From the NCBI GenBank assembly GCA_029560465.1, contig JAKQKX010000082.1, positions 4,947-68,946 of the forward strand: a stretch of DNA of 64,000 nucleotides, read 5' to 3'. The translations under genes were made by a program, and so were the position numbers. The DNA is from Candidatus Omnitrophota bacterium (GTDB lineage: Bacteria > Omnitrophota > Gorgyraeia > Zapsychrales > JANLHA01). Positions 36,885-46,391 of this stretch are shown in pieces (position 1 is the first letter of the stretch; each line of letters begins with the position of its first letter). The notes under the pieces were generated by a model. It saw only the letters and a program-made list of their open reading frames with translations, was not told the DNA's origin and searched no databases.

Positions 36885-37278
36885 ACATTATCCTATATGA
36901 AAATGGTTTCCATTAGCAAATATATGTTATAAAACAACACTTGTCAACAATTTTTTACATTAATTAAGGGTCAATGTGGCCGGAGGTATGCCAAAGTGGG
37001 TTGAAACTCTTTGAAAAAGAAGGTCAGACGTCTCCTGAAACAGGGTTCTCAAAGACTCTATTTTTAAAAAGGAGGAAGAATCCACGACGCATGCAGGAAA
37101 CTGATAACAAGACAATACTCCGGGAGTCTGTGCGGCTTTGCGACAGATCCTGTAAAATTTAAGGTCTCGACGAGACGTTAACGTTGGTTTATCGGTTGAG
37201 ATGGACCACGGCCAGTGCTTTGGACATTGAGCCCGGCAACTCCCCTTGTAGCTACACCTCAAGGCTTGGGGTCCCTTT

Positions 37279-38736
37279 TCAATCTCCCGTGTGGTCAAGC
37301 CTTAAGATTCTCCACTCAATCCAATCCAGCGGCACCCGGCCTCTATATGTGCGAACACTCGTCAGAATACGTTCAGGGTTCCCCAGCGTTTCCAAGGGTA
37401 TCCTTATAGTTATTTCACGTGATTTTCGGTCAACCTCAATGATCTCGGCCTTTAGCGATTTCCCCTGGTCATACACCCGGTAGGATTCAGTTTTTAACAG
37501 CACGTGCAACTTCGGCATATTGGAAAAAGGAGAATCTGCTCGATAGCCGAAAACGTACAAGGAAGCCGTTATCTTACTGTCAATAGGCCTCGATAGGCGC
37601 AAGGTAAAAACGAGAGTTTTATTTTCAAGAGAGAGGAATTCTTCTTCTATTCCAACAAAATCCACCCGTTCTTCTTCAATAAGTTCTTCGGGGAGTTCAT
37701 TAAGGTAATCTTGGGCATGCTGAACCAGGCTATTTTTTATCCCTCTTTCCTTTAAGAGTATCTGGGGAAAATCGCCGTATAATTCATTGCGGCGCAGAAA
37801 AGAAAGAAGATATTTCGAATTAGATATATATTGGGAACGATGTGCCATGATCGCGTTCCTATTATTCTCGATCTCTTGCGTTGTCAAATCAACGACGCTC
37901 CAGCGAATCTCTTTATTGAGAGCAGCAGGCGGCATAAGTGCGGCTTGCGGCTTATAGCCCTTTAGTTTGGGCCAATTTTTAAAATGGATCAGGTAAGGAT
38001 ATAAGGTTGGTTTAATTTCATCCTCAAGTTCCCATAGAGCAATCTGAGTAAAAAGATACAAAGCCCTGTGGTCCGGGTTATGATCGGCAGGATGGGACAA
38101 GAACACCTTGGTCGGGTTGAATTCACGCAGAATATTCTTCAGGTCTTTGACTATTTCATCGCCTTTATAAGGCGCTCCTGGCCTAAAGGCATTTGAGTAA
38201 GGGACCGCGTTGACCCGGGAGAGCATACTTTTAGCCGCTGGCCGGTCATCCCCCCAATGTCTGCGCCAGAGCGTCAGTGTCCGGAAGTCCGGATACCCCA
38301 AAAAAATCATTTGTTGCGGTGTCAGCCCCAAAAATTTCCCCGCATGAAGAGCTTCCTCGCGACGAGTCTCTCCCATGATTCGGACTGCTTTAGGTTTGAT
38401 GACAGGGTGTTTCCGGTAAACTAAAAAAGACCATTGGTTGTTATCTCCATAAGTCAGGAAAACCACCTTGAGAGGCAATTTCATGCTCAAGGATTTTTGA
38501 ATGATACCACCGCAACCCAAGACTTCATCATCGGGATGAGGAGCTAAGATTATGATGCGGTCATCCGGGGTTAATGAGATCTCCGGTGAAGTTAACTCCT
38601 GTTTGTTTTCTTGCGCGGTCGCGGCAAACGGCAAAAGGAAATTTAGAGAAAGGATAGGGAGGAATATCCCTGTCAGTAATATCCACCGATAATTAAAGTT
38701 TTTTCCCAAAGACATACGAAGTGACCTCGCCGGCAA
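37279..38736 (-). CDS. PIG-L/LmbE-family deacetylase with signal peptide and C-terminal extension
   Basis: ILAPHPDDEVLGCGG is the LmbE motif. Confidence 0.65.
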   Translation of the reverse strand: MPARSLRMSLGKNFNYRWILLTGIFLPILSLNFLLPFAATAQENKQELTSPEISLTPDDRIIILAPHPDDEVLGCGGIIQKSLSMKLPLKVVFLTYGDNNQWSFLVYRKHPVIKPKAVRIMGETRREEALHAGKFLGLTPQQMIFLGYPDFRTLTLWRRHWGDDRPAAKSMLSRVNAVPYSNAFRPGAPYKGDEIVKDLKNILREFNPTKVFLSHPADHNPDHRALYLFTQIALWELEDEIKPTLYPYLIHFKNWPKLKGYKPQAALMPPAALNKEIRWSVVDLTTQEIENNRNAIMAHRSQYISNSKYLLSFLRRNELYGDFPQILLKERGIKNSLVQHAQDYLNELPEELIEEERVDFVGIEEEFLSLENKTLVFTLRLSRPIDSKITASLYVFGYRADSPFSNMPKLHVLLKTESYRVYDQGKSLKAEIIEVDRKSREITIRIPLETLGNPERILTSVRTYRGRVPLDWIEWRILRLDHTGD

Positions 38737-39334
38737 TAACAGATTTTAAATAAGATCGTTTTCGGGCGTATAAGATATCGAATCCCATTTTCAGAAAGAA
38801 ATTTTTTGCTTTTTCTGAGAACGTGCTGAGCTGGACACCTTTTATCTGCTGCTGTTTCAAAAAGTTGATGTAAACTTCTATCAGCCGTCCGCCGATATCC
38901 TGTCCGCGGCAGCTTTTATCTATGTTGATGTGTAGCGTTGCCGGGAATTCCTTAGAATAATCGGGGACCAAAAATTCGCCCTTGAAGAAACCCAAAACAC
39001 ACCGGAAGAAAAAATTTAAATTTGTTTTATTTAAAAAGGCCTTCCTGTAAAACACCTTGACCAGCAAGGATGGAAGGATCCTTCTTTTGATGATGCGTTT
39101 CATGCGCGGGATATGAATTGAACCGATTAAATACCCGACAACTTTGGAGCCGTCCGTGGCCACAAAGCATGAATGCGGTTCAAAATCCGTGAAATATAAA
39201 GACAAAAAATCAGCTAAGAGCTCATCGTCTTTGAAAATCAGCCCGCGATCTGACTCCAGGAAGGCCGTCTCACAGCACAGCCGCCGGACGTCCGCCCTAT
39301 CCTGGATAGAAAATTTTCGAATATTATACGTCAT
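38693..39334 (-). CDS. GNAT-family N-acetyltransferase
   Basis: The central region shows an acetyl-CoA-binding pattern (Q/RxxGxG/A-like: CRGQDIGGRLIE). Confidence 0.55.
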   Translation of the reverse strand: MTYNIRKFSIQDRADVRRLCCETAFLESDRGLIFKDDELLADFLSLYFTDFEPHSCFVATDGSKVVGYLIGSIHIPRMKRIIKRRILPSLLVKVFYRKAFLNKTNLNFFFRCVLGFFKGEFLVPDYSKEFPATLHINIDKSCRGQDIGGRLIEVYINFLKQQQIKGVQLSTFSEKAKNFFLKMGFDILYARKRSYLKSVIAGEVTSYVFGKKL

Positions 39335-39397
39335 GATTTCTGGAGAACGGTTACAATCCTTTGCGATGTTTCCAGAACCAGGCTGCGGTAGCGTTGG

Positions 39398-40186
39398 TTA
39401 ATTGATAAAAACATCCCCGCGCAAGGTCCCGAATTTTGTAAAACATATGTGTGACGTCATTAAAATTGTCAGCAGAACACTGAACAGAGTACTCACGACA
39501 ATAGCGATCATGATCATCAACTGATATTTGATGGCGACTTCGGGGGTGGCTCCACCGAGAATAACACCCGTCATCATCCCGGGAAGGGCCACGATTCCGA
39601 TCGTCGCCATAGACGCGAGTGTCGGTTTAAGCGCGAGCCGGACACTTTCCTGTATATAAGGGCGGGCGGCTTCGCTTTGGGTTGCCCCGAGCGAAAGCAC
39701 ATAGAGGTATTTTTTTGTGTCTTTCCTGATGCTCCTGTAGAAAGTGTCTATGCCTACAATGTTGCCTCTTAAGGAATTCCCCAGAAGCATCCCCCCTAGC
39801 ACAATCAGGTACCGGGCGTCAAAGACGTCGTTTATCCTGATGACAAAGAAATTAAGATAAAAAAGTATTGAAAGAGTTGTCAGCGCAAACGAGGCAAACA
39901 CCGGCAAGAAAATTTTTCCCGGTTTCATGGCGGAGCCTCGGATGGCTGAAAAGACCGCGACAAGGATCATGATAACAAGCCAGGCTAAGTTCAAGACGGC
40001 ATTATTCCAGAAGAAAAGGTATTTTAGGAACACGCCGATCAGGAGCAGTTGAACCGACATCCTCGCCACAGAACTTAACAGGGGTTTGATAACACCAAGG
40101 TTATAAGCACGGCTCAAGATGACAGGGAGAGCGAGCAAGAGAAAAACCAAAGATAAGGCGGGCAAGGAAATATTTATTGTTTCCAT
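39398..40186 (-). CDS. fetB: ABC-type iron-export permease, FetB/YbbM (UPF0014) family
   Basis: 262-aa polytopic protein that overlaps the FetA-like ATPase gene. Confidence 0.55.
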   Translation of the reverse strand: METINISLPALSLVFLLLALPVILSRAYNLGVIKPLLSSVARMSVQLLLIGVFLKYLFFWNNAVLNLAWLVIMILVAVFSAIRGSAMKPGKIFLPVFASFALTTLSILFYLNFFVIRINDVFDARYLIVLGGMLLGNSLRGNIVGIDTFYRSIRKDTKKYLYVLSLGATQSEAARPYIQESVRLALKPTLASMATIGIVALPGMMTGVILGGATPEVAIKYQLMIMIAIVVSTLFSVLLTILMTSHICFTKFGTLRGDVFIN

Positions 40187-40833
40187 TCTGTGGCCTCCAG
40201 GTCAAAGACCCGTACGGAAGGGCTGTCCAGCCAGACAGGATCATGGGATATGCTAAGAACTGTCCAGTCAGCGCGCCCTGTGAAAAAAGTTGCCACTTTC
40301 CTTTTTAGATTTTTGTCCAGCGCGGAAGTGGCTTCATCCAGGAAGAAGACATCTCTTTTAAGCAGAACGGAGACAAGGAGCGCGGCTCTTTGTCTCTCCC
40401 CGCCCGATAAATCGGAGGCGCCCTTCTCCAGCGTGTCCGGGCTTAATTCGAAGAAATCCAGCAGTTCTTTGATCGTTTTATTGCTGAAATCCAAAGAACG
40501 ATTGGCCTCGAACCCGGACACAAGCGCGAACCAATCCGCGATTTTATAATTCCCGATACTGACGTCCTGATCGACGAACGCAACCTTCCGGCGGATGTCC
40601 CACACGCTGTCCTCGTTGAGCGGGAGCCGGTCAAAAAGCACATGACCGCTTTGCGGCAGGATAAATCCAAGGGCGAGAGCGAAAAGTGAAGATTTGCCGA
40701 GCCCTGAGGTGCCCCGGATAACGACTTTTTCTCCTCGCCGAATGCCCAAGGAAAAATTTTTAAAAATTGTTTTAAAGCCGAAATTCAAACTTATTTGTTT
40801 ATATTCGATCATGTTAAAATTCCGTATTCCCAA
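40174..40833 (-). CDS. fetA: ABC transporter ATP-binding protein, FetA/YbbL-like
   Basis: Walker A is GTSGLGKSS, the signature is LSGGERQR and Walker B is FFLDEATSALD. Confidence 0.6.
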   Translation of the reverse strand: MGIRNFNMIEYKQISLNFGFKTIFKNFSLGIRRGEKVVIRGTSGLGKSSLFALALGFILPQSGHVLFDRLPLNEDSVWDIRRKVAFVDQDVSIGNYKIADWFALVSGFEANRSLDFSNKTIKELLDFFELSPDTLEKGASDLSGGERQRAALLVSVLLKRDVFFLDEATSALDKNLKRKVATFFTGRADWTVLSISHDPVWLDSPSVRVFDLEATEWKQ

Positions 40834-40866
40834 CCCCTGATGATAAGCAAGATCATTTAAGGCGTT

Positions 40867-41694
40867 TTACGCTCTTAGAGCGTAATAATATCCTTTTTTT
40901 GTTGTAATTTCAACCGGAGAACCGAACAGCTTGCTGATATTCCCACTCGTCAAAACAGAGTCCTTGGCTCCGTCTTGATAAAGTTTCCCTCCCTTCATCA
41001 GGATGACCCGTTTGATCTCGGGGATGATATCGGAAAGGTTTTGGGTCACCAGAATCACGCTCGTCCCCGATTTTGTAATTTTCCGTATCATGTCAGTGAA
41101 TTTATACATAGCATGAAGGTCAAGGTTGTTGGTGGGTTCGTCCAGGATCAGCGCCTTCGGGGCGTGGACCAAAGCCCTGGCGATTAAGAAACGCCGTGCT
41201 TCGCCTGAAGACATTTCATTCATATTCCTGTGCTGCAGGGGCCTGATCTCCAGAAAGTCAATGGCTTCTTGGGCCTTTTTCTTCATCTTGGGAGTCAGGC
41301 GTTCCTTATATAATCCTATACTGCTGAAAAAACCGGACAGGACAACGTCGAGGCCCGAGGTGTCTCTGGTGCAGGCGGCTTGAAGGTCATTGGAAACAAT
41401 CCCCAGTAACTTTCTTAGTTCAAAGACATTCCACTGATCCTGCCCCCATATCCAGAAGGAACAGCTTTTATCCGCATGGATGGGATAATATTCCTTGGTG
41501 ATGACTTTGATCAATGACGATTTGCCGGCGCCATTGGGCCCCAAGATGGCCATGTTATCTCCTTCATAAATCTTAAGCGACAGGGAATCGAGGACCTTCC
41601 TCCCTCCTTTAACAACCGTCAGGCGGTTAAACTCTAATAAAGGCGGTTTTTCGTTTTTCATGCGTGTTTTTTTTGTCCCGTTTATTTGATCCAA
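40867..41694 (-). CDS. ABC transporter ATP-binding protein
   Basis: Walker A is GPNGAGKSS, the signature is SSGEARR and Walker B is LILDEPTNNLD. Confidence 0.7.
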   Translation of the reverse strand: MDQINGTKKTRMKNEKPPLLEFNRLTVVKGGRKVLDSLSLKIYEGDNMAILGPNGAGKSSLIKVITKEYYPIHADKSCSFWIWGQDQWNVFELRKLLGIVSNDLQAACTRDTSGLDVVLSGFFSSIGLYKERLTPKMKKKAQEAIDFLEIRPLQHRNMNEMSSGEARRFLIARALVHAPKALILDEPTNNLDLHAMYKFTDMIRKITKSGTSVILVTQNLSDIIPEIKRVILMKGGKLYQDGAKDSVLTSGNISKLFGSPVEITTKKGYYYALRA

Positions 41695-41700
41695 GGGCCT

Positions 41701-43158
41701 TTAATGTCCGTGCCCGCGTGCTTTGTCAACCAGATGGTCGGTCAGGCGCAGCCACTCCAGGAGGAGTTTTTTGAGCTCGACAATATGGATGATCTTGTTG
41801 AACTTATTGACGTCAACCGTGTTGACCGCGTCGATATAATCGTTCAGGGAAATTTTTCCGAATGAATAATTCCGCGTTTCGTCCGTTAAAACGGCTTCGG
41901 ATAATTTGATTTTCTCGTCTGTCAGGCGGATGAGCTCTTTTTCCCGCGATATCTTTAAGTGCAGGTTCCTTAAGTCCGTGTATAATTCCAGATATTTGTT
42001 CTGGTGGGTCAGCCGGGTTTTTTGCAGGTCAATCTCGGCGGTTTTATGTTCCGCGCGGTCCTTCTGGCCCGGGAAGGGCCATTCCAGGGACACCCCGGCG
42101 TAAACCATATTATCTTCGTCTTTGATCCCCCATCGGGTCCCTTCCACGGTATAGCCAAGGAGCAGGTTTGTCGAGGGCAGAAGGTCATCTGCGTTTTTCT
42201 TGACATCAAGGGTGCTTTTTTCTTCTAACAGCTTGAGGATCGCATATGTCCGGCTAGAGGTGGTAAATTGCCTGTACCCTTCCTCAAAATCTACTTCGAA
42301 ATCATGGAATCCGGAGGGGTCCTGAGGGACCCATTCAATCTTGTCATCAGCGCGTATGGCGGTTATAACAAGATTCGTGTGATTGTTATAGGCTTCTTTC
42401 AATGAAATCATGTTTTCTTCTTTGGCGATAACAAGCAGCTGGACCTTGTTAACGTCGACAGGGAGGGCGATCTTACTGGCGGCCCTACGGTTCATATTAT
42501 CCAGCAACTGTTTGTTCTGCTCATAAGAGGATTTCCCTATCTTCAGGTTTTCATAGGCCGAATACCAATTATAGTAGATGTTAATAAGGCTGGCCAGATA
42601 ATCCTCATAGGCTTCGGTAATTTGATAGCGGATGACATCGATCTCAATGCCCGTGATTTTATCCTGCAGCCGGGTGGCGTGGCCGAACGCGTTTTCCGCA
42701 ATCGGCTGGGAGATCAGGAAATCCATCCGGGATTTCTCCGTCGTCGAACTGACAGACGGGATATTTTCATACGACACGGAAACATGCGTGCCGCTCCCGG
42801 GAAAAAGCTTGTCCAGGCCCACTGCCACTTCAGGGTCCTCCCTTTTTTGGTTCAGAATAAAATCATATTGCCCTTTGACAGACAAAATAATATCCCGTCC
42901 CGGCAGAAGCAAATCCCTGCGGTACTGGAGTTTTAATTCATCAATCAGTATCTGCTCAAAGACGGTGTCATTCTTGCTGGCAAGCCGGATAAAATCCCCG
43001 ATGGTTAACACCCTGGCCTCAGGGCTTTCTAAATCCGCCGTTGTCGCCATGCCGGGGCCGGCGGCCGAACCGCCCCCAGAGAAGCCAAGCAGGCATCCCG
43101 CCAGGAACAGGGCAGTGACAGCCCGGGTTATTCTTAAATCAGAAATTATTTTTTTCAT
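41701..43158 (-). CDS. TolC-family outer membrane efflux protein
   Basis: A signal peptide with a lipobox-like GC is present. The OEP repeat architecture is visible. The gene overlaps the RND gene by 4 nt. Confidence 0.65.
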   Translation of the reverse strand: MKKIISDLRITRAVTALFLAGCLLGFSGGGSAAGPGMATTADLESPEARVLTIGDFIRLASKNDTVFEQILIDELKLQYRRDLLLPGRDIILSVKGQYDFILNQKREDPEVAVGLDKLFPGSGTHVSVSYENIPSVSSTTEKSRMDFLISQPIAENAFGHATRLQDKITGIEIDVIRYQITEAYEDYLASLINIYYNWYSAYENLKIGKSSYEQNKQLLDNMNRRAASKIALPVDVNKVQLLVIAKEENMISLKEAYNNHTNLVITAIRADDKIEWVPQDPSGFHDFEVDFEEGYRQFTTSSRTYAILKLLEEKSTLDVKKNADDLLPSTNLLLGYTVEGTRWGIKDEDNMVYAGVSLEWPFPGQKDRAEHKTAEIDLQKTRLTHQNKYLELYTDLRNLHLKISREKELIRLTDEKIKLSEAVLTDETRNYSFGKISLNDYIDAVNTVDVNKFNKIIHIVELKKLLLEWLRLTDHLVDKARGHGH

Positions 43159-46100
43159 TTTAAAAACCCCAGGGCTGATTTGAGCATGACCCTGCTTTCC
43201 TGCATAAAACTATAAATACAAGGGACCAGCAGAAGAGTGATGAACGTTCCGAAGCATAATCCCCAGGCCATCGCGAGCATCATGTCCGCGAGCATTGCGT
43301 CGTAACCGGCCACGCCGTAGGCGGTGGGGAACAGCCCGGCCACCGTTGTTAAGGTTGTCAGGAGCACCGCGCGCAGACGGGTCTGGGCGGTCCGGCTTAT
43401 CAGGGTGTTTATTTCGGAAGAATTCATGCATTTGATTTTCGCGAATTCTTCATCCAGCCTGGAAAGCATAATGATGGAGTCGTTGATGACAACCCCCGCC
43501 AGCCCCAAAGCCCCGATGGCGGCGAAAAAGCCGAAAAGAATTTTGCCGTGGAACCAGAAAGCTAAAATAATCCCCACCAGGCCGAAGGGAATCGCCAGCA
43601 TGATAATCAGCGGTCTGGTCAATGAATTAAATAGAGTCGCTAAAACTGAAAAAATCAGAAAAAGGACCAGGATAATCCCTTTGCGCAGGTCCCCTTGCGA
43701 TTCGCGTGTGTCCTGGATTTCACCGATAAAAGCGATGGTTGTTGAAGGATGGTCAGCCGTGACATGAGGAAAGACATTATTTTCAAGATTGACGGCGATT
43801 TCCAGAGGGGTTAAGCCTGTTTTAGGCTTGATGTCCGCGTAAACGGTGGTGGTGCGTTTCCGGTCACGGCGGGAAATGGAAATCGGCGTCGTGGTCTGCT
43901 GGACGTTGACTAGGTCCCCCAAAGGTACGAGGTAATTGTTGCGGTTCTCAACGGGCACTTTGAGGATGTCGTTGATATCCTTTTTGGCTTCATCAATGAT
44001 TGACAGCCTCACGTCGATTTCCTCGTCGCCTTTGGGCAATTCATACAGGACCGTGCCCTCCAGGGCGGCGCGGAAAGCGTTTGATATATCCCCGGCGCTT
44101 ATATCGAGCCGTTTGATCCTTTCTCTCTTAAGATCGATTTTATATTCCGGGATTGGCATAGGCCGCTCGATGTCGACATTGATCAGGGCCTGGTGCATTT
44201 TCATGAGTTCAGCGAGTTTGTGGGCGGCCTGCTCCCTCAGGCCGTCGTCGTTTTCCTGAACGATAATTTCAATCGCGCTGCCGCTTGATTGGCCCCAGCG
44301 GCTTTTCTGGATGGTCATCTCCTTGAGGCCTTTGATTTTGTCGATGTCTTTTTTCCACAGGGCGATCAGCTGGTCAGCCGACTGGGCCCTTTTTTCCTTG
44401 GGGACAATTTCAATGACCGCCCGGAAACGGTTTTCTTCAACCCCGCTTCCACGCCGGCTGCGGGCGATTTCGGTCCTCACGCCGATGACTTCCCTGCCCA
44501 AGAACGGCTTGATGATCTCTTCGATCTCGCGCGTTAAGGCGGCGGTGTCATAACGGTCATAGTCGTCGAGCGCTTCGCCGCTGACCATCACCTCCCTCGT
44601 TTCTTCGTTCGGGAACATGACGAATTTCATTTTCTGGGTCATGATCAACCACGACATTCCCAAAAGGAGAATGAATATTGATAGGACCACCATTTTATAC
44701 GGCAAGATTTTAACAAGGAGGCCGCCGTAAGCATCCTCGACTTTCTCGAACCAGTGCGCGCGGGTCTCGGCGATCGTGTGCTTCTTCCTTCGCCAATAAT
44801 TATTAAGGTGCGGGATTTCAAAATGCATGTGTCCCGGTAAAATAATTAACGCTTCCAGCAAGCTTGAACCCAGCATCAAAAAAATAATGGGCGGGATGAA
44901 CCGGTTGATCTGCCCAAAGCGGCCGGTGAAGAAAAACAGGGGGACAAAGGCGATACAGGTCGTCATGACGCTGGCCATGACCGGCAAGAAAACACTGGCC
45001 GTCCCTTTGACCGCCGCATCGTGCGAGCTCATCCCCTGCGCGCGGAGCCGCGCGATATTCTCGGTCACGACAATCGCGTCATCAACCACCATCCCCATGA
45101 CGATAATGACCGCGGCCAGCGTGATGTTGTTGATAGAATAATCCAGTAAAAAGGCGGCTAACAACGTGAAGCAGATCGTGAAAGGGATTCCCATGGCGAC
45201 CCAGAAACCCGATTTTTTGTCCAGGAACAAGAAAAGGAAAAACAGGATCAGGAAAAAACCGATCGAGCCGTTGACGGCGATGATGGACAGGCGGTTGCGC
45301 AGGTCGGTTGCCTCATCATCCATCACAGTGATCGCGACCGGGCTGTTTTGAAGGAAGTTCCTTTGGAAACGTTCGATTTCACGCAAGACAGCCGAGATGG
45401 AATTCAAGATGCCGTAAGACGTGTTTTTGACGACGTTGAGGATAACGGCTTCATGGCCGTTGACTTTGATGATTTCCTTCTTGGTGTTGAACCCGGATTG
45501 CAATTGAGCAATGTCTTTTAACGGGATCGCTTTGCCCTCAAATCCGGCTTGAATAATCAAATGATCGAGTTTCTCGATTGTGTCCAGCTGGGAATTCAAG
45601 GTGACCTTGGGTTCATTTTTGGTTTCAATGTTCCCGGCCGGTTGGCGCACATGATTGTCTTTCACCGTGTGCATGACCTGGCTGATGGGAATTTCATATT
45701 CGATCAATTTGGCCGGGTCCACTTTGATCTGGATTTCTTCCTGCAGGTAGCCGGACTTATTGAAACTGTTGATCTGCGGAAGATTCAGCAACTGGTTTTC
45801 CAGGGCGTGCGCGTATTCCTGGAGGAGTTTGCGGTCAGCCGTGTCCATGAGGTGTTTCCCCGTGTGGTAGAGGGCGACGTCCATGATGGCCATCTTAGCG
45901 GTCTTAAAGACACGCACGGTCGGGTCATCCCGCACGTCATCCGGCAAATCAACATCGAGGACCGCGTTGCGGATTTCGGTGATCACTTCATCCTTGTCAG
46001 GATAATCCTTCTCGATCTCAACAGTTATATTGGTTGTCCCTTCGGTGGCGCTGCTGGTGACGCGGTATACGCCGTCAATGCCCTGAATTTCGTCCTCGAT

Positions 46101-46304
46101 AGGCTTGGTGACGAAATGCTCGACTTCTTCGGCTGTCGCGCCGGGATAGCTGGCGGAAATGCGCACGCGGTCAAAAGTGACATCGGGCATTTCTTCTTTC
46201 TTGATGTTCTGCCAGCTGAGTATCCCGCCTATGATGACGGTCAGAAAGATAAGATTCGTCAGAAGGTGGCGACGAATGAAATATTGTATGAGTTTTTCAA
46301 GCAT
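43155..46304 (-). CDS. RND efflux transporter permease (AcrB/HAE1-like)
   Basis: 1049 aa with 12 TM helices and two large periplasmic loops. The N-terminus is typical of AcrB. Confidence 0.8.
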   Translation of the reverse strand: MLEKLIQYFIRRHLLTNLIFLTVIIGGILSWQNIKKEEMPDVTFDRVRISASYPGATAEEVEHFVTKPIEDEIQGIDGVYRVTSSATEGTTNITVEIEKDYPDKDEVITEIRNAVLDVDLPDDVRDDPTVRVFKTAKMAIMDVALYHTGKHLMDTADRKLLQEYAHALENQLLNLPQINSFNKSGYLQEEIQIKVDPAKLIEYEIPISQVMHTVKDNHVRQPAGNIETKNEPKVTLNSQLDTIEKLDHLIIQAGFEGKAIPLKDIAQLQSGFNTKKEIIKVNGHEAVILNVVKNTSYGILNSISAVLREIERFQRNFLQNSPVAITVMDDEATDLRNRLSIIAVNGSIGFFLILFFLFLFLDKKSGFWVAMGIPFTICFTLLAAFLLDYSINNITLAAVIIVMGMVVDDAIVVTENIARLRAQGMSSHDAAVKGTASVFLPVMASVMTTCIAFVPLFFFTGRFGQINRFIPPIIFLMLGSSLLEALIILPGHMHFEIPHLNNYWRRKKHTIAETRAHWFEKVEDAYGGLLVKILPYKMVVLSIFILLLGMSWLIMTQKMKFVMFPNEETREVMVSGEALDDYDRYDTAALTREIEEIIKPFLGREVIGVRTEIARSRRGSGVEENRFRAVIEIVPKEKRAQSADQLIALWKKDIDKIKGLKEMTIQKSRWGQSSGSAIEIIVQENDDGLREQAAHKLAELMKMHQALINVDIERPMPIPEYKIDLKRERIKRLDISAGDISNAFRAALEGTVLYELPKGDEEIDVRLSIIDEAKKDINDILKVPVENRNNYLVPLGDLVNVQQTTTPISISRRDRKRTTTVYADIKPKTGLTPLEIAVNLENNVFPHVTADHPSTTIAFIGEIQDTRESQGDLRKGIILVLFLIFSVLATLFNSLTRPLIIMLAIPFGLVGIILAFWFHGKILFGFFAAIGALGLAGVVINDSIIMLSRLDEEFAKIKCMNSSEINTLISRTAQTRLRAVLLTTLTTVAGLFPTAYGVAGYDAMLADMMLAMAWGLCFGTFITLLLVPCIYSFMQESRVMLKSALGFLK

Positions 46305-46391
46305 AAACCATCAATATGTGTTAAGACGTGTTTTATCAAGATCCAATTTTACAGTTTTTTCTCTTCCAGAAAGGCAAGCTTTGCCCGGCCT

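Noticed and set aside
36885-37278. RNase P RNA or tmRNA
   Set aside because: Only a partial resemblance was found (CCACGGCCAGUGC versus RNase P CCACGACCAGUGC). The P4 motifs (GGAAAGUCCGGGCUCC / ACAGAACCCGGCUUA), the tmRNA 5' GGGG...UUCGACGGG and the tRNA-like 3' end are absent on both strands.
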